Shown here: positions 1 through 9,773 of the stretch, piece by piece | Numbering within the stretch: position 1 is the stretch's first letter | Layout of the letters: every line of letters starts with the position of its first letter | DNA from: Oscillospiraceae bacterium | GTDB taxonomy: Bacteria > Bacillota > Clostridia > Oscillospirales > CAG-272 | Length of the DNA: 64,000 bases | Assembly: GCA_003343845.1 (NCBI GenBank) | Contig: QAKK01000038.1 | Coordinates: 6,263 to 70,262, forward strand | Direction of reading: 5' to 3' | Notes under the pieces: model-generated | What the model saw: the letters and a program-made list of their open reading frames with translations, nothing else | Told to the model about the DNA's origin: nothing | Database searches by the model: none | Made by a program: the position numbers and the translations under genes

Positions 1-267
1 GACCTCGATCACAAGCGAGAGCGCCGCGACAAAGGCAAGGAGCACACAACCGGCGCGGAACAGCCAGCCGGGCAGGGGCAGACGCCCGTACCGCGCAGTC
101 AGCGCCGCCGCAACCAGGCAGACAACGCCGCCGAGCGCCCAGATGCCGAGCATCGAGATGCGGAAGCCCGCAAAGATGCCGCTGATGATGTAATAGACCA
201 GCATGGCAAGCCCGAGGACGAGCCAGACCGCCGTTTTGATCTTTTCCGTTTTGGTGCGATTTTGCAT
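1..267 (-). CDS. membrane protein, N-terminal part (gene runs past window start)
   Basis: ATG at 267-265 with GGAGGA 4 nt upstream. Translation MQNRTKTEKIKTAVWLVLGLAMLVYYIISGIFAGFRISMLGIWALGGVVCLVAAALTARYG... is a run of hydrophobic helices. Missing from the ORF track because it is open at the edge. Confidence 0.5.
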   Translation of the reverse strand, partial: MQNRTKTEKIKTAVWLVLGLAMLVYYIISGIFAGFRISMLGIWALGGVVCLVAAALTARYGRLPLPGWLFRAGCVLLAFVAALSLVIEV

Positions 268-351
268 GTTGTCCTCCTATGGATGAAAAAAGCAGACAAC
301 GAATGCTGCCTGCTTCTTCTGTCAATCGATATGTTCTCCGGCGGGGAGGCG

Positions 352-540
352 TCAGATGGCGCGCTCTACCTTGCCCGAACGGAGACAACGGGAACAAACG
401 TAAACCGTCTTGGGTGTTCCGTTAACAACAGCCTTGACCTTGCGGATATTCGGCTTCCACATTCTGTTCGTCTTGCGATTCGAGTGGGAAACGTTATGAC
501 CGAAGGTTACGCCCTTGTTGCATACGCTGCACTTTGCCAT
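352..540 (-). CDS. rpmB: 50S ribosomal protein L28 (bL28)
   Basis: 62 aa MAKCSVCNKGVTFGHNVSHSNRKTNRMWKPNIRKVKAVVNG... is the canonical L28 sequence. GGAGGTG RBS upstream. Confidence 0.95.
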   Translation of the reverse strand: MAKCSVCNKGVTFGHNVSHSNRKTNRMWKPNIRKVKAVVNGTPKTVYVCSRCLRSGKVERAI

Positions 541-617
541 GTGAATTACACCTCCATACTAAACTCTTATATCAATTTTTATCATACAAATATAGTTCGC
601 CTGACGCGACAACCGAT

Positions 618-646
618 ATTATAGCATACCGATTGCGAAAATGCAA
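618..646 (-). promoter_or_regulatory. sigma-A type promoter for rpmB
   Basis: On the minus strand: TTGCAT (646-641), 17-nt spacer, TATAAT (623-618) with TG extension. Confidence 0.6.
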
Positions 647-673
647 GAGAAAAATGCAATTTTCCAAAAAAGT

Positions 674-1360
674 TTATTTGGCGCGTTTTTCGGCGATTTT
701 TGCGACCTGCGGCTCCATCTTCGCCCAGAATGCGTCGGCGATCAGCTGCATGCCGAGGTCGCTCGGGTGATTGAACCTGCCGTGCGTATCGGCACGCGTG
801 CCGATGTCACCGAGCGGCACCCAGGTGTCGCCGAACTGCTCTGCCACGGCGAATTTCTCCGCATCGAGCACCGGGCGGACATAGAATCCCTCGCCGTGGA
901 AGACGACGGCACTTCCCGCAGGGTCGAGGTAACGGCGCATGTCGGCGTAGGCGTCGGCAAAGCGGCGCGGCGGCGTCTCTGTCGTCTCGTAGTCCTTCGG
1001 CACATTGGCACCGAAGAACATCACGATGATGTCCGCGCCGAAGGCGGCGGCATCCGCATGCGCGTCCGAAGGCTTTGCGCCGTTCCACAGGTTTGCCTCA
1101 TAGCTGCCGACCTGCGCGATCGCCCATGCGGGATTCGGATCGTAACGGTGGATGCGGTCGAGCAGCAGATGCACATAGTCGTGCGCCTCGTCGGACGCCG
1201 CCATGCCGCAGTCGTTCAGCCAGCCCATGGCGGGGCGGGGTGAATGCTTGGTAATGGAGTTGCCCGCGAAAAGAATGCGCAGGCCGCTGTTTTCGTGGAT
1301 AAACACGCTTTGTCTGACCTGTCCCACGGCGGGGACATCGTTTTTTTGCAGATCTGTCAT
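674..1360 (-). CDS. SGNH/GDSL-like hydrolase family protein
   Basis: 228 aa. N-terminal block ILFAGNSIT resembles SGNH block I, and the overall size fits. Family call is from motif only. Confidence 0.6.
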   Translation of the reverse strand: MTDLQKNDVPAVGQVRQSVFIHENSGLRILFAGNSITKHSPRPAMGWLNDCGMAASDEAHDYVHLLLDRIHRYDPNPAWAIAQVGSYEANLWNGAKPSDAHADAAAFGADIIVMFFGANVPKDYETTETPPRRFADAYADMRRYLDPAGSAVVFHGEGFYVRPVLDAEKFAVAEQFGDTWVPLGDIGTRADTHGRFNHPSDLGMQLIADAFWAKMEPQVAKIAEKRAK

Positions 1361-1371
1361 GATGGTTCTCC

Positions 1372-2664
1372 TTATAAATTGAGGTCGGCGCGGATATAGC
1401 CGTCTTCGATCTTGTCTAACCTGACCTTACGCAACTCGCCGTGCAGATCCGCGTCGGACGCGGCGCGCACCTCGGCAAAGGCGGCGGTGTGTCCGCTCCA
1501 CAGCCCGCCGATCTTCTGTTCAAACAGGACAGTCTCGGTCGGGTGCGCTGCGAGAATTTCGGCAAGGCAGTGTGCCGTACTTTCGGCGGAGAGGGCGATC
1601 AGCGCCTGCGAGCGCGCATGCTTGACCTCCTCTGGAATCTGATCCGGCATTTTTGCGGCGGGCGTGCCCGCACGCTTTGAGTATTTGAACACATGCGTCG
1701 CAAGGAAGCCGACACGGCGGGCAAATTCCATCGTCTCGGCGAAGTCCTCGTCGGTCTCGCCGGGGAAACCGACGATAAAGTCGGTGGTGAACTGCACACC
1801 GGGCAGCGCCGCGCGGGTGTTTTCGATGTTCCGCAGCGCCGTTTCCGCATTGTATTTGCGCCGCATGGCGGCAAGTGTGCGCGATGAGCCGCTCTGCATG
1901 GAGAGGTGAAAATGCGGCGTGAGCTTTCCGACCTTTGCAATGCGGTCGAGAAAGGCGGGGCGCATCAGCGTCGGTTCGAGCGAGCCGAGACGGATGCGCT
2001 CGATGCCGTCGATGCCGTTCACCGCGTCGAGCAGGTCGCACAGGCTCTCGCCCGTGTCCGCGCCGAAGGACGCGGTCTCAATGCCGGTCAGCACCACCTC
2101 GCGCACACCTGCGTCGGTGAGTGCGCGCGCCTCGGCGACGACATCGGCAATTTTCTTGGAGCGGACGTGCCCGCGCGCATCCGGAATCTTGCAGTAGGCG
2201 CAGCGGTTATCACAGCCGTCCTCGATCTTGATGTAGGCGCGGGTGCGCGGCGCATGCAGGATGCGCATGGACTCAAAGTCCGCGCCTGCAAGCGGGGCGA
2301 CCTCGATCTTCGGGATCGCCTTGCCGTCGAGCAGCTCGAGTGCGCGTTCCACCGTGCGCAGCTTGTTCTGTGTGCCGCAGACGTAGGCAACGCCGTCGAT
2401 GGCGGAGACAGATTCGGGCGATACCTGCGAATAGCAGCCGCAGACCATGATCTTCGTTTCGGGCGACTGCCGCACCAGGCGGCGGATCAGCTGGCGGCAC
2501 TTGCGGTCGCCCTCGGCGGTCACGGTGCAGGTGTTGATCACGGCGATGTCGGCGCCCTCCGTCACCGGTGTAAAACCGCGGCGCACCGCCTCTTCGAGGA
2601 TGGCTTCGCTCTCGTACTGGCTGACCTTGCAGCCCAGGGTATAGACCGCGAATGTCCGGTGCAT
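1372..2664 (-). CDS. mtaB: tRNA threonylcarbamoyladenosine methylthiotransferase MtaB (MiaB-like radical SAM)
   Basis: MHRTFAVYTLGCKVSQYESE... (UPF0004 N-domain) plus radical SAM CDNRCAYC and a TRAM-like C-terminus. Start moved to 2664 because AAGGAGG lies 6 nt upstream. Confidence 0.85.
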   Translation of the reverse strand: MHRTFAVYTLGCKVSQYESEAILEEAVRRGFTPVTEGADIAVINTCTVTAEGDRKCRQLIRRLVRQSPETKIMVCGCYSQVSPESVSAIDGVAYVCGTQNKLRTVERALELLDGKAIPKIEVAPLAGADFESMRILHAPRTRAYIKIEDGCDNRCAYCKIPDARGHVRSKKIADVVAEARALTDAGVREVVLTGIETASFGADTGESLCDLLDAVNGIDGIERIRLGSLEPTLMRPAFLDRIAKVGKLTPHFHLSMQSGSSRTLAAMRRKYNAETALRNIENTRAALPGVQFTTDFIVGFPGETDEDFAETMEFARRVGFLATHVFKYSKRAGTPAAKMPDQIPEEVKHARSQALIALSAESTAHCLAEILAAHPTETVLFEQKIGGLWSGHTAAFAEVRAASDADLHGELRKVRLDKIEDGYIRADLNL

Positions 2665-2774
2665 GAGACCGCCTCCTTTTCGATGCAACATCAAACCACT
2701 TTATCATACCACACTTTTTTCGCCGCGTAAATAGAAAAATGTTTGTTTTGACATATGAAAATCCGCAAAACGGC

Positions 2775-2804
2775 TTGCAAAAGGGTGGGCTGCGGTGGTA
2801 TAAT
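2775..2804 (+). promoter_or_regulatory. sigma-A type promoter for upp operon
   Basis: TTGCAA (2775-2780), 18-nt spacer, TGgTATAAT (-10 at 2799-2804). Confidence 0.55.
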
Positions 2805-2845
2805 AACATGAAAATGAAATAGCCGAAAGGCGGACTGGAGACACA

Positions 2846-3475
2846 ATGAGTAAATTACATGTATTCGATCATCCCCTGATCGCGCATAAGCTGTCGATTA
2901 TGCGCCAGACCAAGACCGGTTCCAAGGACTTCCGCGAACTGCTCAACGAGATCGCGATGCTGATGGGCTACGAGATCACGCGCGACCTGCCGGTTGAGGA
3001 CTACGAGATCGAGACCCCCCTCGAGAAGATGGCGGGCAAGCGCATCTCCGGCAAGAAGCTGGCGATCGTGCCGATCCTGCGTGCAGGCCTCGGCATGGTG
3101 GACGGTCTGCTCACCCTCGTGCCCGTTGCCAAGGTCGGTCACATCGGTCTGTACCGCGACCCCGAGACGCACACACCGGTCGAATACTACTGCAAGCTGC
3201 CCGAGGATATTGAGAACCGCATTGTCATCCTGGTTGACCCCATGCTGGCAACCGGCGGCAGCGCGATCGACGCGATCAATATGCTCAAGAAGCGCGGCGT
3301 CTCCAACATCCGTTTCATGTGTCTCGTTGCTGCACCCGAGGGTGTTGCCGCACTCCAGGCGGCGCATCCCGACGTGGATATTTTCACGGCTGCGCTGGAT
3401 CGCCAGCTCAATGAGCACAAGTACATTCTCCCGGGTCTCGGCGACGCGGGCGACCGCATTTTCGGCACGAAGTAA
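2846..3475 (+). CDS. upp: uracil phosphoribosyltransferase
   Basis: 209 aa [36 protein letters not shown]... with a PRPP-binding loop [13 protein letters not shown]. Confidence 0.95.
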   Translation: MSKLHVFDHPLIAHKLSIMRQTKTGSKDFRELLNEIAMLMGYEITRDLPVEDYEIETPLEKMAGKRISGKKLAIVPILRAGLGMVDGLLTLVPVAKVGHIGLYRDPETHTPVEYYCKLPEDIENRIVILVDPMLATGGSAIDAINMLKKRGVSNIRFMCLVAAPEGVAALQAAHPDVDIFTAALDRQLNEHKYILPGLGDAGDRIFGTK

Positions 3476-3478
3476 GCC

Positions 3479-4453
3479 ATGCGCATCCTGACCGTCGGGC
3501 AGAACGACGCGGGGCAGCGGCTGGATAAGTTCCTGCAAAAGGCGCTCTACGGCATGCCGCAATCGCTGATGTACCGGCTGATCCGACAGAAAAAGATCAA
3601 GGTCAACCGCAAGCGCGCCGAGGGCGGGCAGATGCTCTCCGAGGGCGATACGGTGCAGCTGTTTATCGCCGAAGATTTCTTCACGGGCGGTGAACGAAAG
3701 GGCAGCGAGAGCGAGCTCTCCCGCGTGCACCCGAACCTTGACATTGTGTATGAGGATGCAAACATCCTGCTGCTCAACAAGCGCCCGGGCGTGCTGGTGC
3801 ATGACGACGCCGAGGGGCAGAGCGACACGCTCCTGCTCCATGCCAAGGCGTATCTCTATCAGAAGGGTGAGTACGATCCCGCTGCGGAGCAGTCCTTTGC
3901 GCCCGCGCTCTGCAACCGCATCGACCGCAATACGGGCGGCGTGGTGATCCTTGCAAAGAATGCCGAGGCGCTGCGCGTGATGAACGAAAAGATCCGGAAC
4001 GGCGAGGTCTCGAAATTCTATCTGGCGGCGGTGCACGGCATCCTGCGGAAAAAGAGCGACACGCTCCTTGCCTGGCTGAAGAAGAACCCAGCCACCAATA
4101 CCGTGAAGATCTACACAGCGTCGGATAAACCGCGCGATGCCAAGCGCATCGCCACGCGCTACCGTGTTCTCGCGGAGAAAAACGGCGATTCGCTCATCGA
4201 GGTCGAGCTGCTCACAGGCAGGACGCATCAGATCCGCGCACAGTTTGCCGAGATCGGGCATCCCCTGCTCGGCGACGGCAAGTACGGCGTCAACCGCGAC
4301 GATCGGCGGCGCGGATATAAGTTTCAGGCACTCTATGCCTACCGTCTGCGCTTTGATTTTGCGGACACGACGGGGGCGCTCGGCTACCTTTGCGGTAAAG
4401 AATACAGGCTTCCCGAGGGGGCTGTCTGGTTTGTCCCCGATTTTATGGAATGA
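3479..4453 (+). CDS. RluA-family 23S rRNA pseudouridine synthase with N-terminal S4 domain
   Basis: S4-like N-terminus (RLDKFL...LIRQKKIKVN), catalytic NRIDRNTGGVV and HQIRAQF motifs. Confidence 0.85.
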   Translation: MRILTVGQNDAGQRLDKFLQKALYGMPQSLMYRLIRQKKIKVNRKRAEGGQMLSEGDTVQLFIAEDFFTGGERKGSESELSRVHPNLDIVYEDANILLLNKRPGVLVHDDAEGQSDTLLLHAKAYLYQKGEYDPAAEQSFAPALCNRIDRNTGGVVILAKNAEALRVMNEKIRNGEVSKFYLAAVHGILRKKSDTLLAWLKKNPATNTVKIYTASDKPRDAKRIATRYRVLAEKNGDSLIEVELLTGRTHQIRAQFAEIGHPLLGDGKYGVNRDDRRRGYKFQALYAYRLRFDFADTTGALGYLCGKEYRLPEGAVWFVPDFME

Positions 4454-4465
4454 GAGGTGTTTTGG

Positions 4466-4942
4466 ATGGTACGCATTGAAATGGAGGACGGCGGCGTCAT
4501 CACGATCGCGCTCGATCACGATGCCGCACCGAAAACGGTTGAGAATTTTGAGAAGCTCGTCTCCGAGGGCTTTTATGACGGGCTGATCTTTCACCGCGTC
4601 ATCCGCGGCTTTATGATCCAGGGCGGTGACCCCACCGGCACCGGCATGGGCGGCGCGGATGAGAACATCGTCGGCGAGTTTGCGCTCAACGGGCATCCCA
4701 ATCCGATCAGTCACAAGCGCGGCGTGATCTCCATGGCGCGTGCGCAGGACTTCAATTCTGCGTCCTCGCAGTTCTTTATCGTGCATGAGGATGCGCCGTA
4801 TCTGGATGAGCAGTATGCCGCATTCGGGCATGTCGTGGACGGCATGGACGTGGTGGACGAGATCGCCAATGTCCCCACCGGGTACATGGATCGTCCCCGC
4901 ACCGATATGCGCATGAAAAAGGTCACCCTTGTGGAAGACTGA
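4466..4942 (+). CDS. ppiB: peptidyl-prolyl cis-trans isomerase (cyclophilin type)
   Basis: FHRVIRGFMIQGGDPTGTGMGG and SQFFIV motifs. Start at 4466 (MVRIEMEDGG), 8 nt after GAGAGG. Confidence 0.9.
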   Translation: MVRIEMEDGGVITIALDHDAAPKTVENFEKLVSEGFYDGLIFHRVIRGFMIQGGDPTGTGMGGADENIVGEFALNGHPNPISHKRGVISMARAQDFNSASSQFFIVHEDAPYLDEQYAAFGHVVDGMDVVDEIANVPTGYMDRPRTDMRMKKVTLVED

Positions 4943-4970
4943 TTGTAAAAAATATCATTTTTCGATGCAT

Positions 4971-5004
4971 CCGAACGGAGAAACCCCGTTCGGGTGTATT
5001 TTTT
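4971..5004 (+). terminator. rho-independent terminator after ppiB
   Basis: CCGAACGG / CCGTTCGG stem followed by a T-run. Confidence 0.55.
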
Positions 5005-5134
5005 GTATTCTGACGCTTTTCGTTAGATTGCGCGATACCTGCAAGAAAACGGAAGATAACGGAAAATCCCCTTGTATGCCCCGGATTACCTATGGTATAA
5101 TATAGGCAAATCGGAAATACAGGGGGATTCTTTC

Positions 5135-5815
5135 ATGAAACTGTTTTTGAGCGGCGGTGCGGCGGACGGCAATCCGGGCTACCACGGATTTTTGGAGGCG
5201 GTCGATCGCACAAAGCCGATCCTTTATATTTGTTTTGCAGTGGCGCCGCGCAACCGCGTTGCCCGCTATGCGGACTTTGCCGCGCGCATGGCGCGGGAAG
5301 GCGTGCTTTCCACGCGGCTCTGTGACAGCGCCGCATGGCTCGGTGAGGCGGATCTCAGCGCGTTCGGCGGCATCTTTTGCAGCGGCGGCAACACCTATCG
5401 TCTCCTGAAAAGCCTTCGGGAGCATGGCGGCATCGAGAATATCAAAGCCTATCTCGCCGCCGGCGGCGTCTGGTACGGCAGCAGCGCGGGCGCGGTCGTG
5501 TGCGGCGCGGACATTCAGCCGATCTGCTATATGGACCCGAATACGGTCGCGCTGCGCGACACGCGCGGGCTGAACCTCATCGGCGGGTGGTCGACGGTGG
5601 CGCATTACAATTCCTCTGCCGAGCCGGAGGTCAACGAAGAGTTCAACGCGGCGGTCGCCGAGCTTGCCAAGGATTATCCGAAACTGCTGGGGCTGCCCGA
5701 GGCAACGAGCGTGGTGGTCGAGGACGGCAGAAAGTATATCTGCGGCGCACCCTGCCCGGTCTTTGAGGGCGGCGTGCAGACCCGCATTCTCGCCGATGGC
5801 GAGGCGTTCGATTAA
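5135..5815 (+). CDS. peptidase S51 (dipeptidase E-like) family protein
   Basis: MKLFLSGG...ILYICFA...CSGGNTYRLLKSLRE...WYGSSAGAVVC fits the class-I glutamine-amidotransferase-like S51 layout. Start at 5135 after AGGGGGA. Confidence 0.6.
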   Translation: MKLFLSGGAADGNPGYHGFLEAVDRTKPILYICFAVAPRNRVARYADFAARMAREGVLSTRLCDSAAWLGEADLSAFGGIFCSGGNTYRLLKSLREHGGIENIKAYLAAGGVWYGSSAGAVVCGADIQPICYMDPNTVALRDTRGLNLIGGWSTVAHYNSSAEPEVNEEFNAAVAELAKDYPKLLGLPEATSVVVEDGRKYICGAPCPVFEGGVQTRILADGEAFD

Positions 5816-5866
5816 CGCAGAAAAGGCGGCTTCCGCCGCGCGGGACACTGATGGAGAAAACAAACG

Positions 5867-6529
5867 ATGAATGAGATATATGCTTACAACGAGTATCTGC
5901 GGCAGGAATACGAGCGGACGCATGATATATCCGTCTTGGAAAAATACATCGTTTCCGAGACGGTTTGCCCGATTGGAGACTATGAGAATGCAAAGAAGCT
6001 GATCCGGGCGCATTACCGTGAGCAAACCAACAGCACGCTGCTGATCATCGGTGCGCATCTTGCGCAATATTGGGGTGCCGATCACAATGATTTTCTGGAT
6101 ATTCTGAATGCCATGTATGATTATCTTCCGGCAGAAGAACAAGCGATCATCAGCTATCTGCGGGCGGAAGAGATGCTCAGGGATTATGATTTTGACTACA
6201 AAAACTCTGCCGCGTATAAACAGCATTTGATAGACTCTGTGTCAAAATCAGATTTTCCGTTTGTATATAATCGTGAAAAACTGGCGGAGGTATCTCCCCC
6301 AAAGCAGGCAGCGGCATTGCTTCGGGAAGCGATTGCCTATACGGATGTGTCCGTTGCGCTTGAAGAATATACTCCGGATGCGTACTTCTGTGAACCGAAA
6401 GCATTTATTGATGAACTCATTTTGGGAACACAGGTGCCATACGACAGATTGAGAGAATTGCGTGAGAAGCTTGAACGTGTCGAGCAATCCTGCCCGCAGC
6501 AAGGATTACGGAGAAAGGATGAACCATGA
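5867..6529 (+). CDS. hypothetical protein, predicted all-helical (island gene 1)
   Basis: 220 aa with GGAGAA RBS. Lower GC than the flanks. Its stop overlaps the next start (ATGA). No family recognised. Confidence 0.65.
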   Translation: MNEIYAYNEYLRQEYERTHDISVLEKYIVSETVCPIGDYENAKKLIRAHYREQTNSTLLIIGAHLAQYWGADHNDFLDILNAMYDYLPAEEQAIISYLRAEEMLRDYDFDYKNSAAYKQHLIDSVSKSDFPFVYNREKLAEVSPPKQAAALLREAIAYTDVSVALEEYTPDAYFCEPKAFIDELILGTQVPYDRLRELREKLERVEQSCPQQGLRRKDEP

Positions 6530-7050
6530 TCAAACGTTATTATATTGACGCCTTGAACAAACGTCTTCCGTACACCAAATTCATTGATTATATGGTTGCC
6601 CATAGCGACGCGTTCTCGGTTGTGTACTTTAAGTATCATGATTCCGAGCGGACGAAAAAGTCCACGCGGGAGATGAAAAAACAGCTTGAACCGTATAAAC
6701 TGTTCTCCTGCAATGTCGACAAGTGGCCGGGCACGAAGACGGAAAACGAATTCGGGCATATTTACAGGTTGGCTGTTTACAGATGCGATGAAGCTGTTGC
6801 AGACATCCTGAAAACGGTTGACCATCTGTATGCGTGGAATTATCCCGCCTTTCCGATGGATCTGGCGTTTTACCGGGACGGATACGCATGGTTTTCATCC
6901 TGCGCCCATGAATGGCTGATGTGGTTTTATACAAACGATGCACTTGCCGTGGAGGCGCTGACTGCACAGGGGCTGTCCGTAGAAGAAGACGGAGAGAAAG
7001 ACATTGAAAAAATGTTTCTTCTGCCCGCCGCTGCCGCAAAAAAGCTTTGA
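6526..7050 (+). CDS. hypothetical protein (island gene 2)
   Basis: 174 aa, translationally coupled to gene 1. Aromatic-rich (WNYPAFPMDLAFYRDGYAWFSSCAHEWLMWFY). No family recognised. Confidence 0.65.
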   Translation: MIKRYYIDALNKRLPYTKFIDYMVAHSDAFSVVYFKYHDSERTKKSTREMKKQLEPYKLFSCNVDKWPGTKTENEFGHIYRLAVYRCDEAVADILKTVDHLYAWNYPAFPMDLAFYRDGYAWFSSCAHEWLMWFYTNDALAVEALTAQGLSVEEDGEKDIEKMFLLPAAAAKKL

Positions 7051-7077
7051 TATAAGCGGAAGAAAAGGCTGAAAAGT

Positions 7078-7536
7078 ATGATAGATAAAGTTCTCTCTGT
7101 ATATGAGAATGTTGATTCCGCACGCATCATTATTTGTCCGTGCAGTCAATTTGCAGATAAAGGCGGCTTTTATGAAACTCCGCTTGTGCGTATCATCCCG
7201 GTTCCTTATGCGGATGAGCAGCTTGCCGAGGCGATTGCCGAAGGGTTTCAGAATTGCAATCGGGTATTGGATGTGAACGAAGACGAATGGGACAAAAAAC
7301 CGCTATATCGCGCGTTCGGCGTAAAAAGCTTGCGAGGGCAACTGCGGCATAATAAGCTTGTCGATGTCAGGATAACCGACACGCAGATTGAAATTTTCGG
7401 CGGTGTCCCGGAAGGCGGTGGGTATTCCTTTTTCTGCCGCCGTGGTCTTTACAGCTATCTTCCACTTGATGCAGACGGGATAACCATAGCAGCAACCGTG
7501 CGTGAGCTGCTCGAAAAAGTCAAACCGCATAAATAA
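7078..7536 (+). CDS. hypothetical protein (island gene 3)
   Basis: 152 aa, same strand and spacing as its neighbours. No family recognised. Confidence 0.6.
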   Translation: MIDKVLSVYENVDSARIIICPCSQFADKGGFYETPLVRIIPVPYADEQLAEAIAEGFQNCNRVLDVNEDEWDKKPLYRAFGVKSLRGQLRHNKLVDVRITDTQIEIFGGVPEGGGYSFFCRRGLYSYLPLDADGITIAATVRELLEKVKPHK

Positions 7537-7581
7537 TGAATCGGAACATGCAAACACAAGACGAATGCTTGGAGGATAAAA

Positions 7582-7875
7582 ATGACAAAAACCGTATTGG
7601 CAACAATAAAATTTATAGATCCGCTGCGCGGGCAGAAATTCATTGTCCCCTCAAATGCAAAATATGGTCCTATCATTCGATTTTCTGACCAGAAGTTATC
7701 TGATGAAGGATCATGGAGTGCAATTCTTGTGTTCAAAAAGAGAAATCCGGACGGCAGCATTTTGGCAGAGCTTTCATATCTGAGCGAATTGGCGCCGGTC
7801 GAGCACCTTGTGTCCGGCAATACATTTGAACTTTTTGAGGGACCGCACAAAGTCGCGCAGGGCGTTATTTTATAG
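7582..7875 (+). CDS. hypothetical small protein (island gene 4)
   Basis: 97 aa with GGAGG RBS 5 nt upstream. Looks beta-rich. No family recognised. Confidence 0.6.
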   Translation: MTKTVLATIKFIDPLRGQKFIVPSNAKYGPIIRFSDQKLSDEGSWSAILVFKKRNPDGSILAELSYLSELAPVEHLVSGNTFELFEGPHKVAQGVIL

Positions 7876-7921
7876 CCATGCGGTTTGTTTGTGTACAGTC
7901 GCAAAAATAAAAAGAGCGAGG

Positions 7922-8458
7922 ATGAGCGTAGTGATCAATTTTCTGTGCGGAGATTACTATTTGTACGTGTCAGAATATGATTCTGAAAATGAAATGTTAG
8001 AAAAACTGCGCGGAAAGAATGATTCTATCATTTTGAAGAAGTCCGAGCATGTGCTGAACAGCTATATGATTAACGGCTGTTGCGAAATGGACGGTAAATC
8101 AATCGGGATAGGAATTCTATCGTCTGATCCGGAAGTGGCACCAACCGTTTCATTTGACCCGTTTGGTTTTCTGTATATTCAAAACGGACAGATTTTTTCA
8201 GTTGTTGATTTGAATCAGAAAGTAACGGTTTTTGAGCATCAGGCGATGTGCGATGTGTTCTTTTTCAAGGTGTTCCCCAAAGCTATACTGTTGGTTGAAG
8301 AAATCCAAATCGAATTGCTCTCCCGCACAGGAGACTGTATTCGTTCCTATGCGTTTGATGATGTTTTGGAAGATTATCAGATAATTGGAACAAATTTACA
8401 TTATAAAACGCAGTCAAATACAGGAACCGTAGACTTAAAAGAGTTCGGGTTGCTTTAA
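7922..8458 (+). CDS. hypothetical protein (island gene 5)
   Basis: 178 aa starting MSVVINFLCGDYYLYV. Start is uncertain because the RBS is weak; the upstream part of the 7808 ORF overlaps gene 4. Confidence 0.5.
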   Translation: MSVVINFLCGDYYLYVSEYDSENEMLEKLRGKNDSIILKKSEHVLNSYMINGCCEMDGKSIGIGILSSDPEVAPTVSFDPFGFLYIQNGQIFSVVDLNQKVTVFEHQAMCDVFFFKVFPKAILLVEEIQIELLSRTGDCIRSYAFDDVLEDYQIIGTNLHYKTQSNTGTVDLKEFGLL

Positions 8459-8523
8459 CAGCAGACAACCAAGGCAGAATCAATAGTACGAGTAGACGAC
8501 GATATACCGGAGGTGAAAGCGGA

Positions 8524-8844
8524 ATGACACAGACGGAAAGCTGCAATTGCGCCGCAGTGGATGATGAAAAAATCGACACATGGCAGAAATTTAAGAAAGC
8601 AAAAGAATACTTTGAAGCGCAGGTAAAGCAGGGGATTTTTGAAGAAGAAAAAGTCGCCGAGCCCTATTATACATGGGAAGCCAATCTATGGAAAGGCGAA
8701 TGGGGATCGACGAAATGGTATGCTACAAAATGGTACAAATGCCGCGTATGTGGTTGCCTATGGGAATTTGAATACCCTGATTTTCCGTCTTGCGGCTTTA
8801 TTCGAAAATTTGAAGACGGAAAATATGTACCGAGAGGGTATTGA
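8524..8844 (+). CDS. hypothetical small Cys/Trp-rich protein (island gene 6)
   Basis: 106 aa with GGAGG RBS. CxC near the N-terminus and CRVCGCLWEFEYPDFPSC near the C-terminus suggest a possible zinc ribbon. Confidence 0.6.
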   Translation: MTQTESCNCAAVDDEKIDTWQKFKKAKEYFEAQVKQGIFEEEKVAEPYYTWEANLWKGEWGSTKWYATKWYKCRVCGCLWEFEYPDFPSCGFIRKFEDGKYVPRGY

Positions 8845-8867
8845 AAGCAACGGGAGATCAACATGCT

Positions 8868-9773
8868 ATGAAAAACAATTTTTCACGGGGCTTTGCAAAA
8901 TTGCTTTTGCCAATCGTTTTATTCTGCGCGGTGCTCCTCGGCGCCTATCTGCTGGCTATACTATATTTTGGAAACTCTGCAAATTACGAAGCCGTGTTTA
9001 CAGGTACGCTGCCGGCATTCCTTTTGTCGTGCGGCTGCGGTGTGGTGTTGGGCTGCGCGGGTACGCTTCTGCTTTTGAAACGAAAGGAAAATAACGTATA
9101 TCTTGCGCCGACTTTGGCTTGCGCAGGATGCTGGGTGTCGGTTTTTACCGTACTGTTCTCCGCGAGTGCAAACGGTGTTGCAGAGCATACAACCTATCGG
9201 ACTTGCGCTGTTATTCTCGCTATGTTCGGAAGTGCATTTCTCTCTGCCGGGGTTACGCTTGGTTTTGTATATCGCAGAAGCGGCACGGCAAAGGCAATCG
9301 GGCACATGACCGCCGGCGTTGCTGCGTTACTCCTGCTTATGGTTTTTATACCGATGAAACTGTGCCTGAACGCTTTGCCGAATCCGGAAAATGGATCGTA
9401 TTATATTGTAGACCCCTCCGATTCTACGATTGTCGGCGACGAAAACGGCTTTTTTGAGGAATCTGCACGGAAGACCTTCAGCTTGGAACGGCAATTCGGG
9501 GGCGGGGTGTCGCAAAGACTGTGGCGAGAAGAAGGCACGCTCTTTATTTTGTATGGAGAAGCGCAGAAAGAAAAAGGCTCTGAAGCGGACGACGGAACCG
9601 AGCATTATCGGATCATCGCAAGCGACTGGGATGTATATGGAGCTGTGAGCAGACATGGTTTTTGCAGCGCCGTTTTGCCGCGGCACTATCTGAACCTGTA
9701 TGATTCTGCATGGGTAGATGCTATCCTTGACCGGCTGTTCTTTATCCATGACGGACAGACGGCATATTTTTAA
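8868..9773 (+). CDS. hypothetical multi-pass membrane protein with soluble C-terminal domain (island gene 7)
   Basis: About five hydrophobic segments in the first 180 aa, then a roughly 120-aa soluble tail. The start could also be TTG at 8841, which overlaps the stop of gene 6. Confidence 0.6.
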   Translation: MKNNFSRGFAKLLLPIVLFCAVLLGAYLLAILYFGNSANYEAVFTGTLPAFLLSCGCGVVLGCAGTLLLLKRKENNVYLAPTLACAGCWVSVFTVLFSASANGVAEHTTYRTCAVILAMFGSAFLSAGVTLGFVYRRSGTAKAIGHMTAGVAALLLLMVFIPMKLCLNALPNPENGSYYIVDPSDSTIVGDENGFFEESARKTFSLERQFGGGVSQRLWREEGTLFILYGEAQKEKGSEADDGTEHYRIIASDWDVYGAVSRHGFCSAVLPRHYLNLYDSAWVDAILDRLFFIHDGQTAYF

